In this document: positions 39,002 through 49,270 of the stretch, in pieces
How the letters are laid out: each line of letters starts with the position of its first letter
How positions within the stretch are numbered: the stretch's first letter is position 1
IMG/VR virus record: IMGVR_UViG_3300028883_000044
Coordinates: 16,793 to 80,792 of that record
Source of the DNA: a virus
Direction: 5' to 3' (one strand)
Length of the DNA: 64,000 nt
Program-made: the position numbers and the translations under genes
The notes under the pieces: generated by a model
What the model saw: the letters and a program-made list of their open reading frames with translations, nothing else
The model's database searches: none
Told to the model about the DNA's origin: nothing

Positions 39002-39812
39002 AATTGTAAGTATAATAACTCCTGTGTATATTGATAATGACAGTAAGGTAGAAAAGTTATTAGATTTAGAATTGGAATTAGATAAACAGGAGTCTTTTGA
39101 ATTTGAATGGGTAAGAGTTTTTGACGGTTGTGATGTTGTAGAGAGCCATGCCAAAAATTTTAAAGTAAAAGATGTTCAGCTTAAAAATAATTATGGACCC
39201 TCTGTAGCTAGGAACGTAGGATTTTTTGTATCTGCTGGTACTATTATAGCTTTTATTGATTCAGATGATTTACCTTATAGTAATTTTATAACTAATATCT
39301 TGAAAAATTTTAGTTCAAATATTGGATTAAAATTATTATTTTCGGCTTATGAAATTTTTGATACAAGTGCTGGAATCAAAAGTGGTGAGCATAATTTAAA
39401 TAAACTATTAGATATAACAAAGGTAGATTTTAAACTTCGTGATGAAGTTTTATTACTTGGCTTATCTCAAAATATTAATTTATCTACACCATTAGGTGTA
39501 GCTGTTGATAGACAGTTACTCTATTTGTGTGGTGGGTTTCAGCCCGGGATTGTTTGTGGAGAAGATGGTATTACATGGAGACGGATTTTACAGACTATGA
39601 ACGGCACTAAAATTTTAAATGAGGGTTCAGTTAAAATTTCAGATGATATAGTAGGAACATATTTTGTAAATGAAAATAGCCAATCTAGAACACAGAGGCG
39701 TTTTGAAATGGGTGGTTTTGCTTTTGATGGTTCTGATATACAAGGAAAGAATGGACAATATTTAGATAATGATTGGTTTACTACTTTATTAACGGAGAAG
39801 TATGATGACTAA
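38991..39812 (+). CDS. Glycosyltransferase family 2
   Basis: VSIITPVY, FDG, NYGPSVARNVG, FIDSDD, GED; likely TTG start at 38991 after AGGGGAG. Confidence 0.85.
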   Translation: MRNKIVSIITPVYIDNDSKVEKLLDLELELDKQESFEFEWVRVFDGCDVVESHAKNFKVKDVQLKNNYGPSVARNVGFFVSAGTIIAFIDSDDLPYSNFITNILKNFSSNIGLKLLFSAYEIFDTSAGIKSGEHNLNKLLDITKVDFKLRDEVLLLGLSQNINLSTPLGVAVDRQLLYLCGGFQPGIVCGEDGITWRRILQTMNGTKILNEGSVKISDDIVGTYFVNENSQSRTQRRFEMGGFAFDGSDIQGKNGQYLDNDWFTTLLTEKYDD

Positions 39813-40407
39813 TAGGATAGATGTATTAGATAAAGGTTATATAGAATTAATTAATTGTATTGGTGATGATGATACTATAGCAAGGGTAGCAAAATTTACC
39901 CGTTATACACCATTTGTTCAGGATAAGAAATCAACTAAGATGCTTATAAAGACTCTTATGAACAAAGGTCATACTTCAACTTTTGAATTTGTAGAGTTTA
40001 CATTTAAAGTAAAATGTCCGATATTTGTAGCTAGACAGTGGATGCGACATAGGACATGGAACTATATGGAAGTTAGTCGAAGAATGGTTAGCACTAAACC
40101 GGATTATTTTTTAGATGTAGATTGTATTGCAATAGGTAAGTTAGAAAAGGTATATAATTATATTGATAATGTTTATTTAGAATTGTTACAGCAAGGCGTT
40201 AGACCAGAAATAGCTAGGACAATTTTACCTTTAGGTACTTATACGGAATTCTATGCGAAAGTAGATTTAAATAATCTATTAAAATTTTTAGATAAGAGGC
40301 TTGATAATTCAGCTCAAAAAGAAATAAGGGAATACGCTGTAGCTATTTTACAGTTTTTAAAAGATATTGTTCCAATGACAACAGATTATTTTTTGGAAAG
40401 GAGATAA
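39802..40407 (+). CDS. thyX: FAD-dependent thymidylate synthase
   Basis: GHTSTFE, PIFVARQWMRHR, E.SRR, PEIARTILP, AQKEIREYA. Confidence 0.95.
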   Translation: MMTNRIDVLDKGYIELINCIGDDDTIARVAKFTRYTPFVQDKKSTKMLIKTLMNKGHTSTFEFVEFTFKVKCPIFVARQWMRHRTWNYMEVSRRMVSTKPDYFLDVDCIAIGKLEKVYNYIDNVYLELLQQGVRPEIARTILPLGTYTEFYAKVDLNNLLKFLDKRLDNSAQKEIREYAVAILQFLKDIVPMTTDYFLERR

Positions 40408-40408
40408 A

Positions 40409-40960
40409 ATGAAAGGCTTTGGGTTTGATTTAGATGGTGTGTTATATGACTGGCATTCATCTATTTATATGTATGCGAAAAGTATGTATAATTTAAAGGA
40501 AGAATCGGATATAGAATTTTTTAGGAATATGGTTGATGGGAAATATACTAAGAATTTTATAGATACACTTATGAGTTATCAACCGTGTTATACTAATATT
40601 GTACCTAATAAAAAATTAGTAAAACTTATTAATACAATATCTAAAAATTTTGAAATATATTATATAACAAGTCGTTGGAAGAATCTAGAGTATGTTACTT
40701 CTAAGTGGTTAGAGGATTATGATTTTCCACAACCATATAATTTATATATGGATGAATATAAACCAGATGTTATAAGAAAAACATTTTGTAAATATTATGT
40801 AGATGATATGCCTAAATGGGGTAATAAAGTTTTAGGAATTACAAACTTTATATATCTTAAAAAAAGATGGCACTATCAAGATAATAATTTAGAAGAGAAA
40901 TCTTTTCTCATAATTAAAAATATTTTAGAATTAGAAAATAAATTAGACATTTTAGTATAG
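40409..40960 (+). CDS. HAD 5'(3')-deoxyribonucleotidase-like
   Basis: FDLDGVL, ITSR, YVDD. Confidence 0.8.
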   Translation: MKGFGFDLDGVLYDWHSSIYMYAKSMYNLKEESDIEFFRNMVDGKYTKNFIDTLMSYQPCYTNIVPNKKLVKLINTISKNFEIYYITSRWKNLEYVTSKWLEDYDFPQPYNLYMDEYKPDVIRKTFCKYYVDDMPKWGNKVLGITNFIYLKKRWHYQDNNLEEKSFLIIKNILELENKLDILV

Positions 40961-40970
40961 GAGGTTTTAT

Positions 40971-41387
40971 ATGGTAAGATTCTGTAAATTACAAAAATCT
41001 GCTGTTACACCTAAAAGGAAAAACAGCACTGATGCAGGAATAGATATTTATTCTAATGAGGACAAAACTATTCCGCCTCTTAGTGAAGCTAAAATCCACA
41101 CAGGTATTTCAATTGAAATACCTGTTGGTTTTATGGGTTTACTAAAACCTAAAGGAAAATCAAACTGGTTAGTTGGTGCAGGTGTAGTTGATGCACAATA
41201 TGAACCTGGAGAATATATAGTAAGAATATTTAATCCTACCATGTTTACATTGAATATTAAACACGGTACACCTGTATGTCAGTTAGTTATTATACCTATA
41301 AGCACACCTGAATTAAAGGAAGTCTCGAAAAAAGATTTGGAAAATTCAAGTGAACGTAGTGGTAAGGGGGGAATACACAATGCTTAG
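40971..41387 (+). CDS. dut: Trimeric dUTPase
   Basis: DAGIDI, TGISIEIP, GVVD..Y, QLV, RSGKGG. Confidence 0.9.
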   Translation: MVRFCKLQKSAVTPKRKNSTDAGIDIYSNEDKTIPPLSEAKIHTGISIEIPVGFMGLLKPKGKSNWLVGAGVVDAQYEPGEYIVRIFNPTMFTLNIKHGTPVCQLVIIPISTPELKEVSKKDLENSSERSGKGGIHNA

Positions 41388-43254
41388 TGAGAAAGGAGAA
41401 TTTATATTTAAAAGAAAGTACGCTTTGAATGAGGATGAAACTTGGGAACAGGCTTGTGTTAGAGTAGCTAGCCATGTTGCAAGTATTTTAGGAGACTCTG
41501 ATGATTTTAAAAAATATATGAAAGAGTTTTATCAGATAATTGCTAATCTATATTTTTTGCCCGGTGGTAGAATCTTAAAGAATAGTGGTACAGATATTAA
41601 GAATTTGTTTAATTGTTTTTATATTAATATAGAAGATAGTAGGGATTCTATTTATAAAGTATTAAAAGATTCTGCTGAAATATTTGCATGGGGTGGTGGT
41701 TTAGGTACACGCATTTCCGACCTTCGTGAAGAAGGGGCAGAGATAAAAACATCTAATACAGAATCTTCAGGACCTCTTTCGTTTATGAAATTATTTAATT
41801 TAACTGGAGAGATAATTCAGCAAGCTTCTAGAAGAGGTGCTCAAATAGCTTTGATGGATATTTCACATCCAGATATAATTAAATTTTTGGAATTGAAATC
41901 AAAACCAACAGCAGAAAATTATCAGTTACTTAAAGAAATGTCTGCGAATAGTCGTAAAGAAAATATAGAATTCCCTAACAGGGATGTTGTAAAAAGAACT
42001 TTAGTAGAAAATCAATTTACACATTTTAATATTTCTGTGGAAATTTCTGATAAATTCATGGAAGCTGTTATGGAAGATGCTGACTGGAATTTAATTTCCC
42101 CCAGTACTGGTGAAGTTAAAGATACTATAAAAGCTAGAAATCTTTTAAAAAGAATTGCTAAACAGATATGGTTATCAGGAGACCCTGGACTTTTCTTTAC
42201 TGATGCTGTTTGTAGAGACAATATGGTACCATATGTCAGTAATAAGTTAGGCTGTAATCCATGTGCAGAAATAAATTTAATTTCTTATGAACCTTGTAAC
42301 TTAGGTTCTATTAATTTACACAGATTATATGATAAAGAAATTGGTGGTATAGACTTAGAGAAGTTAACTCATATTGTAGCTACCGCTACTTTGTTTTTAA
42401 CATTTGTTCATGGAGTTTCTTCTAATCGTGTTGAAGAAGTTAATAAAATGGCTCAAGGTTTACGAAGAATAGGCATAGGTGTTATGGGTTTTGCTGATTT
42501 ACTTTTAGAAATGGGAGTGCCTTACGATTCAGACGAAGCTGTAGAAATTGCTGAAACTCTATCTGCATATATTTCTTATATATCGTGGATGACTTCTGCA
42601 TCTATAGCGGAAAACTTAGGTACTTTTCCTATGTATGATAAAGAAAAAGTAGACTTGCATGTTATAGATAAGTTAGAAAAATCGAGTGCTAATTTAGATA
42701 TGAGTGCTCTTAGAAAACTTATTGAGGAGAACGGTTTAGCTAATGTATCAACTACTGCTATAGCCCCTACAGGTTCAATAGCTTTATTAGCTGATGTTAG
42801 TTCTAGTATAGAACCTGTTTTTGGTTTAGCATATACTAGATATATTACAGACGGTGAATCAAATAAAGTGAAAGAAAAGATCATTGAGGTTAATCCTATA
42901 TTTATTTCTAAATTAAAAGAAGCCGAAATAGATGAAGAAACTGTAGAAAAGATTGTTAAGTATGCTGAAAAAAATGGTTCAATACAAAACTGTAAATTAG
43001 TTCCAAATGAAATTAAAAAAGTTTTTGTTACAGCTTTGGATATAGAACCTTCAAAACATATTCTTATGCAATCTGCATGGCAAAAATATATTTCTAATGC
43101 TATATCTAAAACTATTAATCTACCAGAGAGTGCTACAGAAACTGACATATATAACTCTATTATAGAGTTATGGAAAATGAATGTAAAAAGTTCTACATTA
43201 TATAGAGATGGTTCTAAATATTTTCAGATATTGAACGTAGGAAGTGCAGATTAA
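41380..43254 (+). CDS. nrdJ: Ribonucleotide reductase class II (B12-dependent), lacking C-terminal Cys tail
   Basis: FLPGGRIL, NCF, GGGLG, RRGAQ, NPCAE, CNLGSINL, IAPTGSI, ISKTINLP, YRDGS; no nrdB in window. Confidence 0.85.
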   Translation: MLSEKGEFIFKRKYALNEDETWEQACVRVASHVASILGDSDDFKKYMKEFYQIIANLYFLPGGRILKNSGTDIKNLFNCFYINIEDSRDSIYKVLKDSAEIFAWGGGLGTRISDLREEGAEIKTSNTESSGPLSFMKLFNLTGEIIQQASRRGAQIALMDISHPDIIKFLELKSKPTAENYQLLKEMSANSRKENIEFPNRDVVKRTLVENQFTHFNISVEISDKFMEAVMEDADWNLISPSTGEVKDTIKARNLLKRIAKQIWLSGDPGLFFTDAVCRDNMVPYVSNKLGCNPCAEINLISYEPCNLGSINLHRLYDKEIGGIDLEKLTHIVATATLFLTFVHGVSSNRVEEVNKMAQGLRRIGIGVMGFADLLLEMGVPYDSDEAVEIAETLSAYISYISWMTSASIAENLGTFPMYDKEKVDLHVIDKLEKSSANLDMSALRKLIEENGLANVSTTAIAPTGSIALLADVSSSIEPVFGLAYTRYITDGESNKVKEKIIEVNPIFISKLKEAEIDEETVEKIVKYAEKNGSIQNCKLVPNEIKKVFVTALDIEPSKHILMQSAWQKYISNAISKTINLPESATETDIYNSIIELWKMNVKSSTLYRDGSKYFQILNVGSAD

Positions 43255-43353
43255 TTATGAAATTCAATAAGGTAACTTTGCCAGTTAAGACAAAAATCAA
43301 TAGTTCATATTTTCCCGTTAAGGAAATTTTTAATTTGATAAAGTAAGTTAGGA

Positions 43354-43366
43354 ACTGGGTACGCAC
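43354..43366 (+). repeat. Isolated copy of the cassette-array 13-mer (ACTGGGTACGCAC)
   Basis: One mismatch to ACTGAGTACGCAC; flanks resemble 62778-62821. Confidence 0.6.
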
Positions 43367-43382
43367 ACTAGAAATATAAAAT

Positions 43383-43428
43383 AAAAAAACTGTGGGAAGA
43401 AGATTAAAAACCTTCTTCCCATTTTTTT
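43383..43428. terminator. Bidirectional terminator between convergent blocks
   Basis: A-run, TGGGAAGAAG...CTTCTTCCCA, T-run. Confidence 0.75.
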
Positions 43429-43460
43429 ATACTAAGAAATTATTTAGTTTTAATTTTTAA

Positions 43461-43997
43461 TTAACGTAAACCATTTATTTCTAAGTCTCTAAAATCATTT
43501 TCTCTTTGAACTTCTTCCCTATTATGTGGTAAATTTACTTCTACTGCTTCTAGAAAAGGTAGTCCATTATCTTCTGGTAAAATAAAATCCTGAAAATGTT
43601 TTTCAGGAAGTTTAAAAGGTTTTTGTTTAAATCTCATATGATTAGAATTTAGAATAATTATATCTTTAGAAAATTTCAGTTTTACTTTTTGCATACTAAT
43701 ACAATACTTTTTAAAATTAGCTTCTCCATAATTTTCTCTTATATCTATTTTGTATTCCTGTATTACAGTATTTATAATTAACTTTATTATTTGAAGTATT
43801 TGATAATCTCTTTCTGAGAATATATTCCTATCATCTTGTAATTTATTAATAATTAAGTATAATGATTTAAATCTAGCATAAGAAAGTACGCTAAATAATA
43901 TTATAAAAGTATCATCACTTAAATCGTATAGTATACTTTTAGTTCTATAAAGTTTAAATATTATATCTATTAAAAACTCTATATCTTCGGTTTCCAT
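43461..43997 (-). CDS. Hypothetical protein
   Basis: ORF track; coupled to upstream gene. Confidence 0.6.
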   Translation of the reverse strand: METEDIEFLIDIIFKLYRTKSILYDLSDDTFIILFSVLSYARFKSLYLIINKLQDDRNIFSERDYQILQIIKLIINTVIQEYKIDIRENYGEANFKKYCISMQKVKLKFSKDIIILNSNHMRFKQKPFKLPEKHFQDFILPEDNGLPFLEAVEVNLPHNREEVQRENDFRDLEINGLR

Positions 43998-44794
43998 TAT
44001 AGTAATAATCCATCTATTAATAAACTTTGTTTAAAATGTCCATGTATAAAATAATCATCATTTTTATAAGCATATATAAAAGATTTTAATTTAGATTCTA
44101 TCAATTCTGTATCTCCAAAAGATTTAATAATAGATTTCGTTAGATTTTTATTGTATATATTATGCGTAGCATTACTAACATTATTTAAAATAAGACTATC
44201 TAAATAATAATCAATGGTTTTATTTTCATTAATTAAAATATTAGTTGTGTAAAAAGCTCTATTTAAAACTAGTAGGAAATAGTATTGAACTAGTTTATTA
44301 AAAAAACTTGCTTTTTTAGTAAACATTAATCTTACAAAATTAAATCTATGTGTATACATATGTAATGAAGAAATTGATGAATATTCAGGTAATAAATAAT
44401 AACATTTTCTTCCATAAATTGTATTTATTTTTGTTTCACATAAAGTTGTATAAACTATATCAGGGAAAATATAATTACAAAGTTTTTCAAATTCTAATGA
44501 ATTACCCTTAGAAAGAAAATATAAATATATATCTTCTACATTTTCTTTTTTATATAGGTTAGTAGCATCTTCTCTAAAACCTCCTAAACAAACTTCACTA
44601 CAAGGACTGTCTACATAAAGTTTAAATTCTTCTAATGTTATTCCTGTATTGGGAACATTTTTTATAAACTTACATAAATCCTCTATTTCAGAATTATTAT
44701 AAATATCTGAAAGACGATAATTAATATAATCCGTCATAACTATGGTAATAGGTTTAGTAATTTCTTTTTTACTACCTGTTTGTAATAATTTCAT
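43997..44794 (-). CDS. Hypothetical protein
   Basis: ORF track. Confidence 0.6.
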   Translation of the reverse strand: MKLLQTGSKKEITKPITIVMTDYINYRLSDIYNNSEIEDLCKFIKNVPNTGITLEEFKLYVDSPCSEVCLGGFREDATNLYKKENVEDIYLYFLSKGNSLEFEKLCNYIFPDIVYTTLCETKINTIYGRKCYYLLPEYSSISSLHMYTHRFNFVRLMFTKKASFFNKLVQYYFLLVLNRAFYTTNILINENKTIDYYLDSLILNNVSNATHNIYNKNLTKSIIKSFGDTELIESKLKSFIYAYKNDDYFIHGHFKQSLLIDGLLL

Positions 44795-45446
44795 TTAGTT
44801 TCCCTTGTATAAATCTTATAAAGATTTTAGCAAACTTTTTATTACTATCTCTATATTCTAAATTATTTTGCATAAACTCTGGGTGAAATTGTGTAGTAAA
44901 TATTTTACTATTTTTTCCAAAGGACATTTCTGAAAAACCTCCGAAATAAGCTACCGTAAGTAACTCTTTCGCAGAATATTTAACAGCTTGATGATGTAAT
45001 GAATTAACTCTATCTAATTTTAAATTTTCATTTATATTAATATCTTTTGGATAATATAGTAAATGCTTACTAGGATGATTTTCTATATCCACATTTAACT
45101 TTCCGCCTAAAGAAGCATGTATAAGTTGATGACCTCTACAAATTCCAAAGATAAGTTTATTATATTTTAATGCAAGATATAAATTCTTTAAATCTATTGA
45201 GTCTCTTATAGTATTATAATGACCATTTTTTAGTGTATAATCTCCATGAATTGTTGGTGAAATATCTTCACCACCAGATAATACTAAAAGATCAATATTA
45301 TCTTTAAATTCTTCTTTATCAAAATTAGTATCTAATAAAGTAGAAGTAACAGGTATTCTAAATTCTTGATAAATAATATTTTCAATAAGTTTTTTAATTT
45401 CTCCATAAAAAGAAAGGGTTGAAAAACCTATACAAAGTTTATCCAT
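44772..45446 (-). CDS. Class I glutamine amidotransferase / peptidase C26 (PuuD-like)
   Basis: LSGGEDISP, GICRGHQ, VNSLHHQAV, QFHPE. Confidence 0.92.
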   Translation of the reverse strand: MDKLCIGFSTLSFYGEIKKLIENIIYQEFRIPVTSTLLDTNFDKEEFKDNIDLLVLSGGEDISPTIHGDYTLKNGHYNTIRDSIDLKNLYLALKYNKLIFGICRGHQLIHASLGGKLNVDIENHPSKHLLYYPKDININENLKLDRVNSLHHQAVKYSAKELLTVAYFGGFSEMSFGKNSKIFTTQFHPEFMQNNLEYRDSNKKFAKIFIRFIQGKLNEIITNR

Positions 45447-46371
45447 AAGTAACTGTATCATAAACCTTTCGCATAATACTTGCAGAATCATCTACCCTTA
45501 CTTCTAAAATATTTTTAATAGACGATTCTAAATAAGTTTCAATTAAAGGTCCAGAAAATTTTTCTAAATTATCTATTACCTTAAGTAAAAGACTTGTTGC
45601 TGTAAACATTTTTCCTATTTTTCCTAAATCTTTTATCCATAAGTTTGATGGAGTTCTATATTCAATACCTTTTATATTATCTTTTTTAGAATAAGTTTGA
45701 ATACGAAGTTTTCCGGGCAATCCATAAAATTCATGCCTATCTTTTTCTAAATAAACTTCCTCTTCAGTTTCCAAAGAAGATATAAAAGCATTTCCTAAAA
45801 TAATATCCATTAATCTTCCTATTTCAAAATATCTGTCAGTATCTATATTAGATATATGTATATGTCCCCCACCAAATCTTTTATTAATATTACTTGCATC
45901 AACTTCTTTAGAATAAAGTCCGCTATAAATATCTAAATCAGGGTCACACCCAAATCTTACACAATAGTTTGCATAACTATCTAAAACACCATCTATGTAA
46001 AGAATTTCTGGATTAAAAATTACTGCAGGTTTTATGGTAATACTATACCCAAATTTTCTTACAAGATTTTCTAAATGACCTATTGCATTAGATATCATAC
46101 TATAATATTCTAAAGTATCCTTTGTAGGTTTTGTATTAATTTCAAATGCCGCTCCATCTTCAATAATTTTATATGAAGATGTTTCCGCAAAAACTGGGTG
46201 TTTTTCTCTATCAGATTCTATTGAAGATGTAGTTAGATTTTTATTTAAATGTTTTGTAGTAAAAGGCATTCCCAACTTTCTTAATATAACTGGTGGAATA
46301 CATTCTCCTAAACTATTTACACAAAAAACTTCTGGATCAGAGCCTATTAAACTTTTTCTATTTACTGACAT
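45439..46371 (-). CDS. Phage phiEco32-like COOH-NH2 ligase type 2
   Basis: IGSDPEVF, EDGAAFEIN, FGCDPD, GGGHIH, FYG.PG..R, GIEYRTPSNLW. Confidence 0.85.
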   Translation of the reverse strand: MSVNRKSLIGSDPEVFCVNSLGECIPPVILRKLGMPFTTKHLNKNLTTSSIESDREKHPVFAETSSYKIIEDGAAFEINTKPTKDTLEYYSMISNAIGHLENLVRKFGYSITIKPAVIFNPEILYIDGVLDSYANYCVRFGCDPDLDIYSGLYSKEVDASNINKRFGGGHIHISNIDTDRYFEIGRLMDIILGNAFISSLETEEEVYLEKDRHEFYGLPGKLRIQTYSKKDNIKGIEYRTPSNLWIKDLGKIGKMFTATSLLLKVIDNLEKFSGPLIETYLESSIKNILEVRVDDSASIMRKVYDTVTYG

Positions 46372-46386
46372 ATTTTTTCTCCTATT

Positions 46387-46734
46387 TTATTCAACTAGTT
46401 TATTAAATTTATATGAAGTTACTTTTTTACCTTCAACTTCATATCTTTTTCTACACTTATCGCAAAAGATAGCATTTGAACTACTTATTTGAATATCTTC
46501 TAAAGAAAATAAATCACCACAACCTTCACATTTTATTAAAGCTTCTTTTTCTGAAAATGTTTTTCCACAATCTGGGCAATAAAAAATTAAATTTTTATTT
46601 TCAGAATTAGATTTAAAAATAATATCAATACATTTTAGACCATTTAATGTTAATTTAGGCGTTCCATAAAAATTAATAGATTCATTTAAATCAATTAGTG
46701 CAAAACTCTTTCTACATTCACTATGGTATATCAT
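46387..46734 (-). CDS. Cys-rich Zn-finger protein
   Basis: CPDC, CEGC, CDKC. Confidence 0.65.
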   Translation of the reverse strand: MIYHSECRKSFALIDLNESINFYGTPKLTLNGLKCIDIIFKSNSENKNLIFYCPDCGKTFSEKEALIKCEGCGDLFSLEDIQISSSNAIFCDKCRKRYEVEGKKVTSYKFNKLVE

Positions 46735-46747
46735 TTATAATTTTCTC

Positions 46748-47800
46748 CTATACAATTTCTACACTTGATATTTTAATATTATATCTATTTTCTATACCAC
46801 CAACTATTTCATCTACTGTCATAATATTATTCGTTAAAGATGTTTGATAAATTTCTAAAATAAGTTGTTTACTTTGTGCATATAAATTCTTTACAAAAAA
46901 ACCTAAATTCATATTATTATAACCTTTTATTTTATGAATATCTTTAACTTTACAGTTAGTATAATTAGTATAACTATTTAAAAAAGTTGTTAATAGTAAG
47001 TCTTTTTCACTTTTACTTACAGGAGTTATTATAGTAGGTATTGGAGGTTGTTCTTGAACATTTCTTCTATAAACAAATGTTTTAACTTTTTCAAAAGCTT
47101 TTTCTAATTGTAATTCTTGATAATTTCCAAAATTAGGATAATCAAGATATTTAAATAATCCCCTTATTGGAGATTGTATTACTAAATCTACCATATCTTT
47201 TATAAGAAGTTTTTCATGTGCATAAGCATAACCTATTAAAACTTCTTGCACAACAACTGCTGGATTTAATCCACTAGTTCCTGTAAAATTAAAATTATTT
47301 TTATAAGTATTATAAACTGCATAAAGAGTTTTTGCAGTTTGTCCAGAAATAAGCCCTAATCTAGAATCTATTGAAACTAATATTTTATCTTTATTATCTA
47401 TATGATTATAAATATAATTTTTATGGTTTTCATTATTTTCTAGTAAACTATATACATTAGAGTTAATTGTAGTAAACCATAATTCATTATCTTGATTATA
47501 ATAATATAAAAATACTCCCCCAGTTCGTATATTATAAAATACTTGTTTAATATCTACAGTTTGTTTATTCATAAATTTTTCTATAGCATATGTACCAGTA
47601 TTTATTTCAGAAGATAAGTAAGTTTTTGTAGTAAGTATTTCAAAAGTTTTTGTTGTAGGATTAGTTACATCAGCTTTGATAATATTATTTACTTTATCAA
47701 ATATTCTAAAATCTTTTGGACGTTCTATGAGACTAGTTTTAATTTCATCTTCTTCTAAATCTATTTTACCTAACTGTTTTACATAATTTTTATATTTCAT
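46748..47800 (-). CDS. Hypothetical protein
   Basis: 350-aa ORF. Confidence 0.65.
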   Translation of the reverse strand: MKYKNYVKQLGKIDLEEDEIKTSLIERPKDFRIFDKVNNIIKADVTNPTTKTFEILTTKTYLSSEINTGTYAIEKFMNKQTVDIKQVFYNIRTGGVFLYYYNQDNELWFTTINSNVYSLLENNENHKNYIYNHIDNKDKILVSIDSRLGLISGQTAKTLYAVYNTYKNNFNFTGTSGLNPAVVVQEVLIGYAYAHEKLLIKDMVDLVIQSPIRGLFKYLDYPNFGNYQELQLEKAFEKVKTFVYRRNVQEQPPIPTIITPVSKSEKDLLLTTFLNSYTNYTNCKVKDIHKIKGYNNMNLGFFVKNLYAQSKQLILEIYQTSLTNNIMTVDEIVGGIENRYNIKISSVEIV

Positions 47801-48545
47801 TTAAAATTCTTCCTTTTGAAGTTATTTGTATGAGATTGTTTCGTAATAAAAATGGTTCGATATAATTTTCAATAGTATTAGTAGGAACTCCTAAATATTT
47901 TGAGAGAGTTTTCAATGAAACAGCTTTATTATTTTCTAGTAATTCTAAATATTTATAATCTACATCAGTAAATCCATCTCTATATACACCAAAAGTATTT
48001 AAAACATCTATTGTAAAATCTAATGAAGGGTGTTTACCAGAATTCCTATAATAAACTTTTAATCTTTCTATGAGAGTTTTTACTACTCTAGGAACTCCTC
48101 TACTTCTATTAACAATTTCTTCTAAAATCTTATCATCATTAATTTTCAAAAAATGTTTAGCCATATTTTTTAAATCTTTTTCAGTATATTCTTCTATATA
48201 AAGAGACATACATCTATTAACAAGAGGTTCAGGCAAATCTCCGATTTCTGTTGTTAGTAGAAAGATTGTATATAATCTTTTATCCATTATATGATATAAA
48301 GTTTCTGGAGTTCTCATTAAATGTGCTTCATCTATAATCATTACAGAAGAAGTTTTAATAGGTTTATCTCCAAGAATCACTACATAATCTTTATTAGCTA
48401 ATTCTGCAGTATAAATTGCAAAAGTAGTTTTACCATAACCTGACCTACCTTGTAATAATATATTATGGTTAATATTCTTTGAAATATCCTGTGAAATATA
48501 ATACAATTCTGTTTTTAGTTTTTCTTGTCCAAATAATTTTACCAT
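47790..48545 (-). CDS. ruvB: RuvB-like AAA+ ATPase (shortened)
   Basis: FGQEKLK, GRSGYGKTT, IDEAH, SRGVPR, DGFTDVDYKYL, TIENYIEPFLL...IQITSKGR. Confidence 0.8.
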   Translation of the reverse strand: MVKLFGQEKLKTELYYISQDISKNINHNILLQGRSGYGKTTFAIYTAELANKDYVVILGDKPIKTSSVMIIDEAHLMRTPETLYHIMDKRLYTIFLLTTEIGDLPEPLVNRCMSLYIEEYTEKDLKNMAKHFLKINDDKILEEIVNRSRGVPRVVKTLIERLKVYYRNSGKHPSLDFTIDVLNTFGVYRDGFTDVDYKYLELLENNKAVSLKTLSKYLGVPTNTIENYIEPFLLRNNLIQITSKGRILNEI

Positions 48546-49270
48546 TAAATTTGCAAGTTCCTTTCGAAAAAATCTTTATATAGAAGTAAAGTTTCACCAT
48601 TTAAAGAGGGTGCAGTATTAACTTCTATAACTTTATACCCATAATTCTTTATAAAACCCATATCAACTCCCATAAATCTTAACGGTAAAACTTCGTAAAT
48701 CTTATCTACTAAGTTTATTGCTTTAGGAAATGCCTCAATATTTTTTCGTTTAAATGTATAATTATTTTTAGAATTTCTTATAGGATAAGTTTCTTCACTT
48801 TCTGAACCATCTTCTGGCATAAAAACTTTCTTAAAAACTTTCACAACTTTTCCATCAAGAACATGTACACGAATTTCGAATTTAAAATCGTAAAAATATG
48901 AATAATAATTATACCTATATTGATTAAATTCTTCTTCATTAGTTACTATTTTAATACCCTTTCCACATGAACTTCTAGTAAGTGTTCGTATAAAAACTGG
49001 ATAAGATTCTGGTAAAATATTTTTATATAATGTAACATTAGGAACTCCAGAAATTTCCATTAATTCTGAAAAGGAAACTTTAGAAGAAGCTTTTATAATT
49101 AAATTTTTATCATTTAATTCAGTATCCTGTAAATAATCTCCATTAGTATTTCCCCAACGAATTGCTGGAGAAATTATTTTAGGTTGTAAATAACAATTCA
49201 TATTTAATAAATTTGCTAATCTTCTTGCAGTAATAATACCACTCTTACTTGTTAAGATATACTTTTGCAT
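48545..49270 (-). CDS. ATP-grasp enzyme (phage RimK/YheCD-like)
   Basis: IRWGN, GKGIKIV, EIRVHV, IRNS, FMGVDMG, IEVNTAPSL. Confidence 0.85.
   Translation of the reverse strand: MQKYILTSKSGIITARRLANLLNMNCYLQPKIISPAIRWGNTNGDYLQDTELNDKNLIIKASSKVSFSELMEISGVPNVTLYKNILPESYPVFIRTLTRSSCGKGIKIVTNEEEFNQYRYNYYSYFYDFKFEIRVHVLDGKVVKVFKKVFMPEDGSESEETYPIRNSKNNYTFKRKNIEAFPKAINLVDKIYEVLPLRFMGVDMGFIKNYGYKVIEVNTAPSLNGETLLLYKDFFERNLQI

Noticed and set aside
12409-43254. Introns or inteins in terL, polA, dnaB, recA, nrdJ
   Set aside because: All are contiguous and of normal or compact length, with no intein or homing-endonuclease motifs
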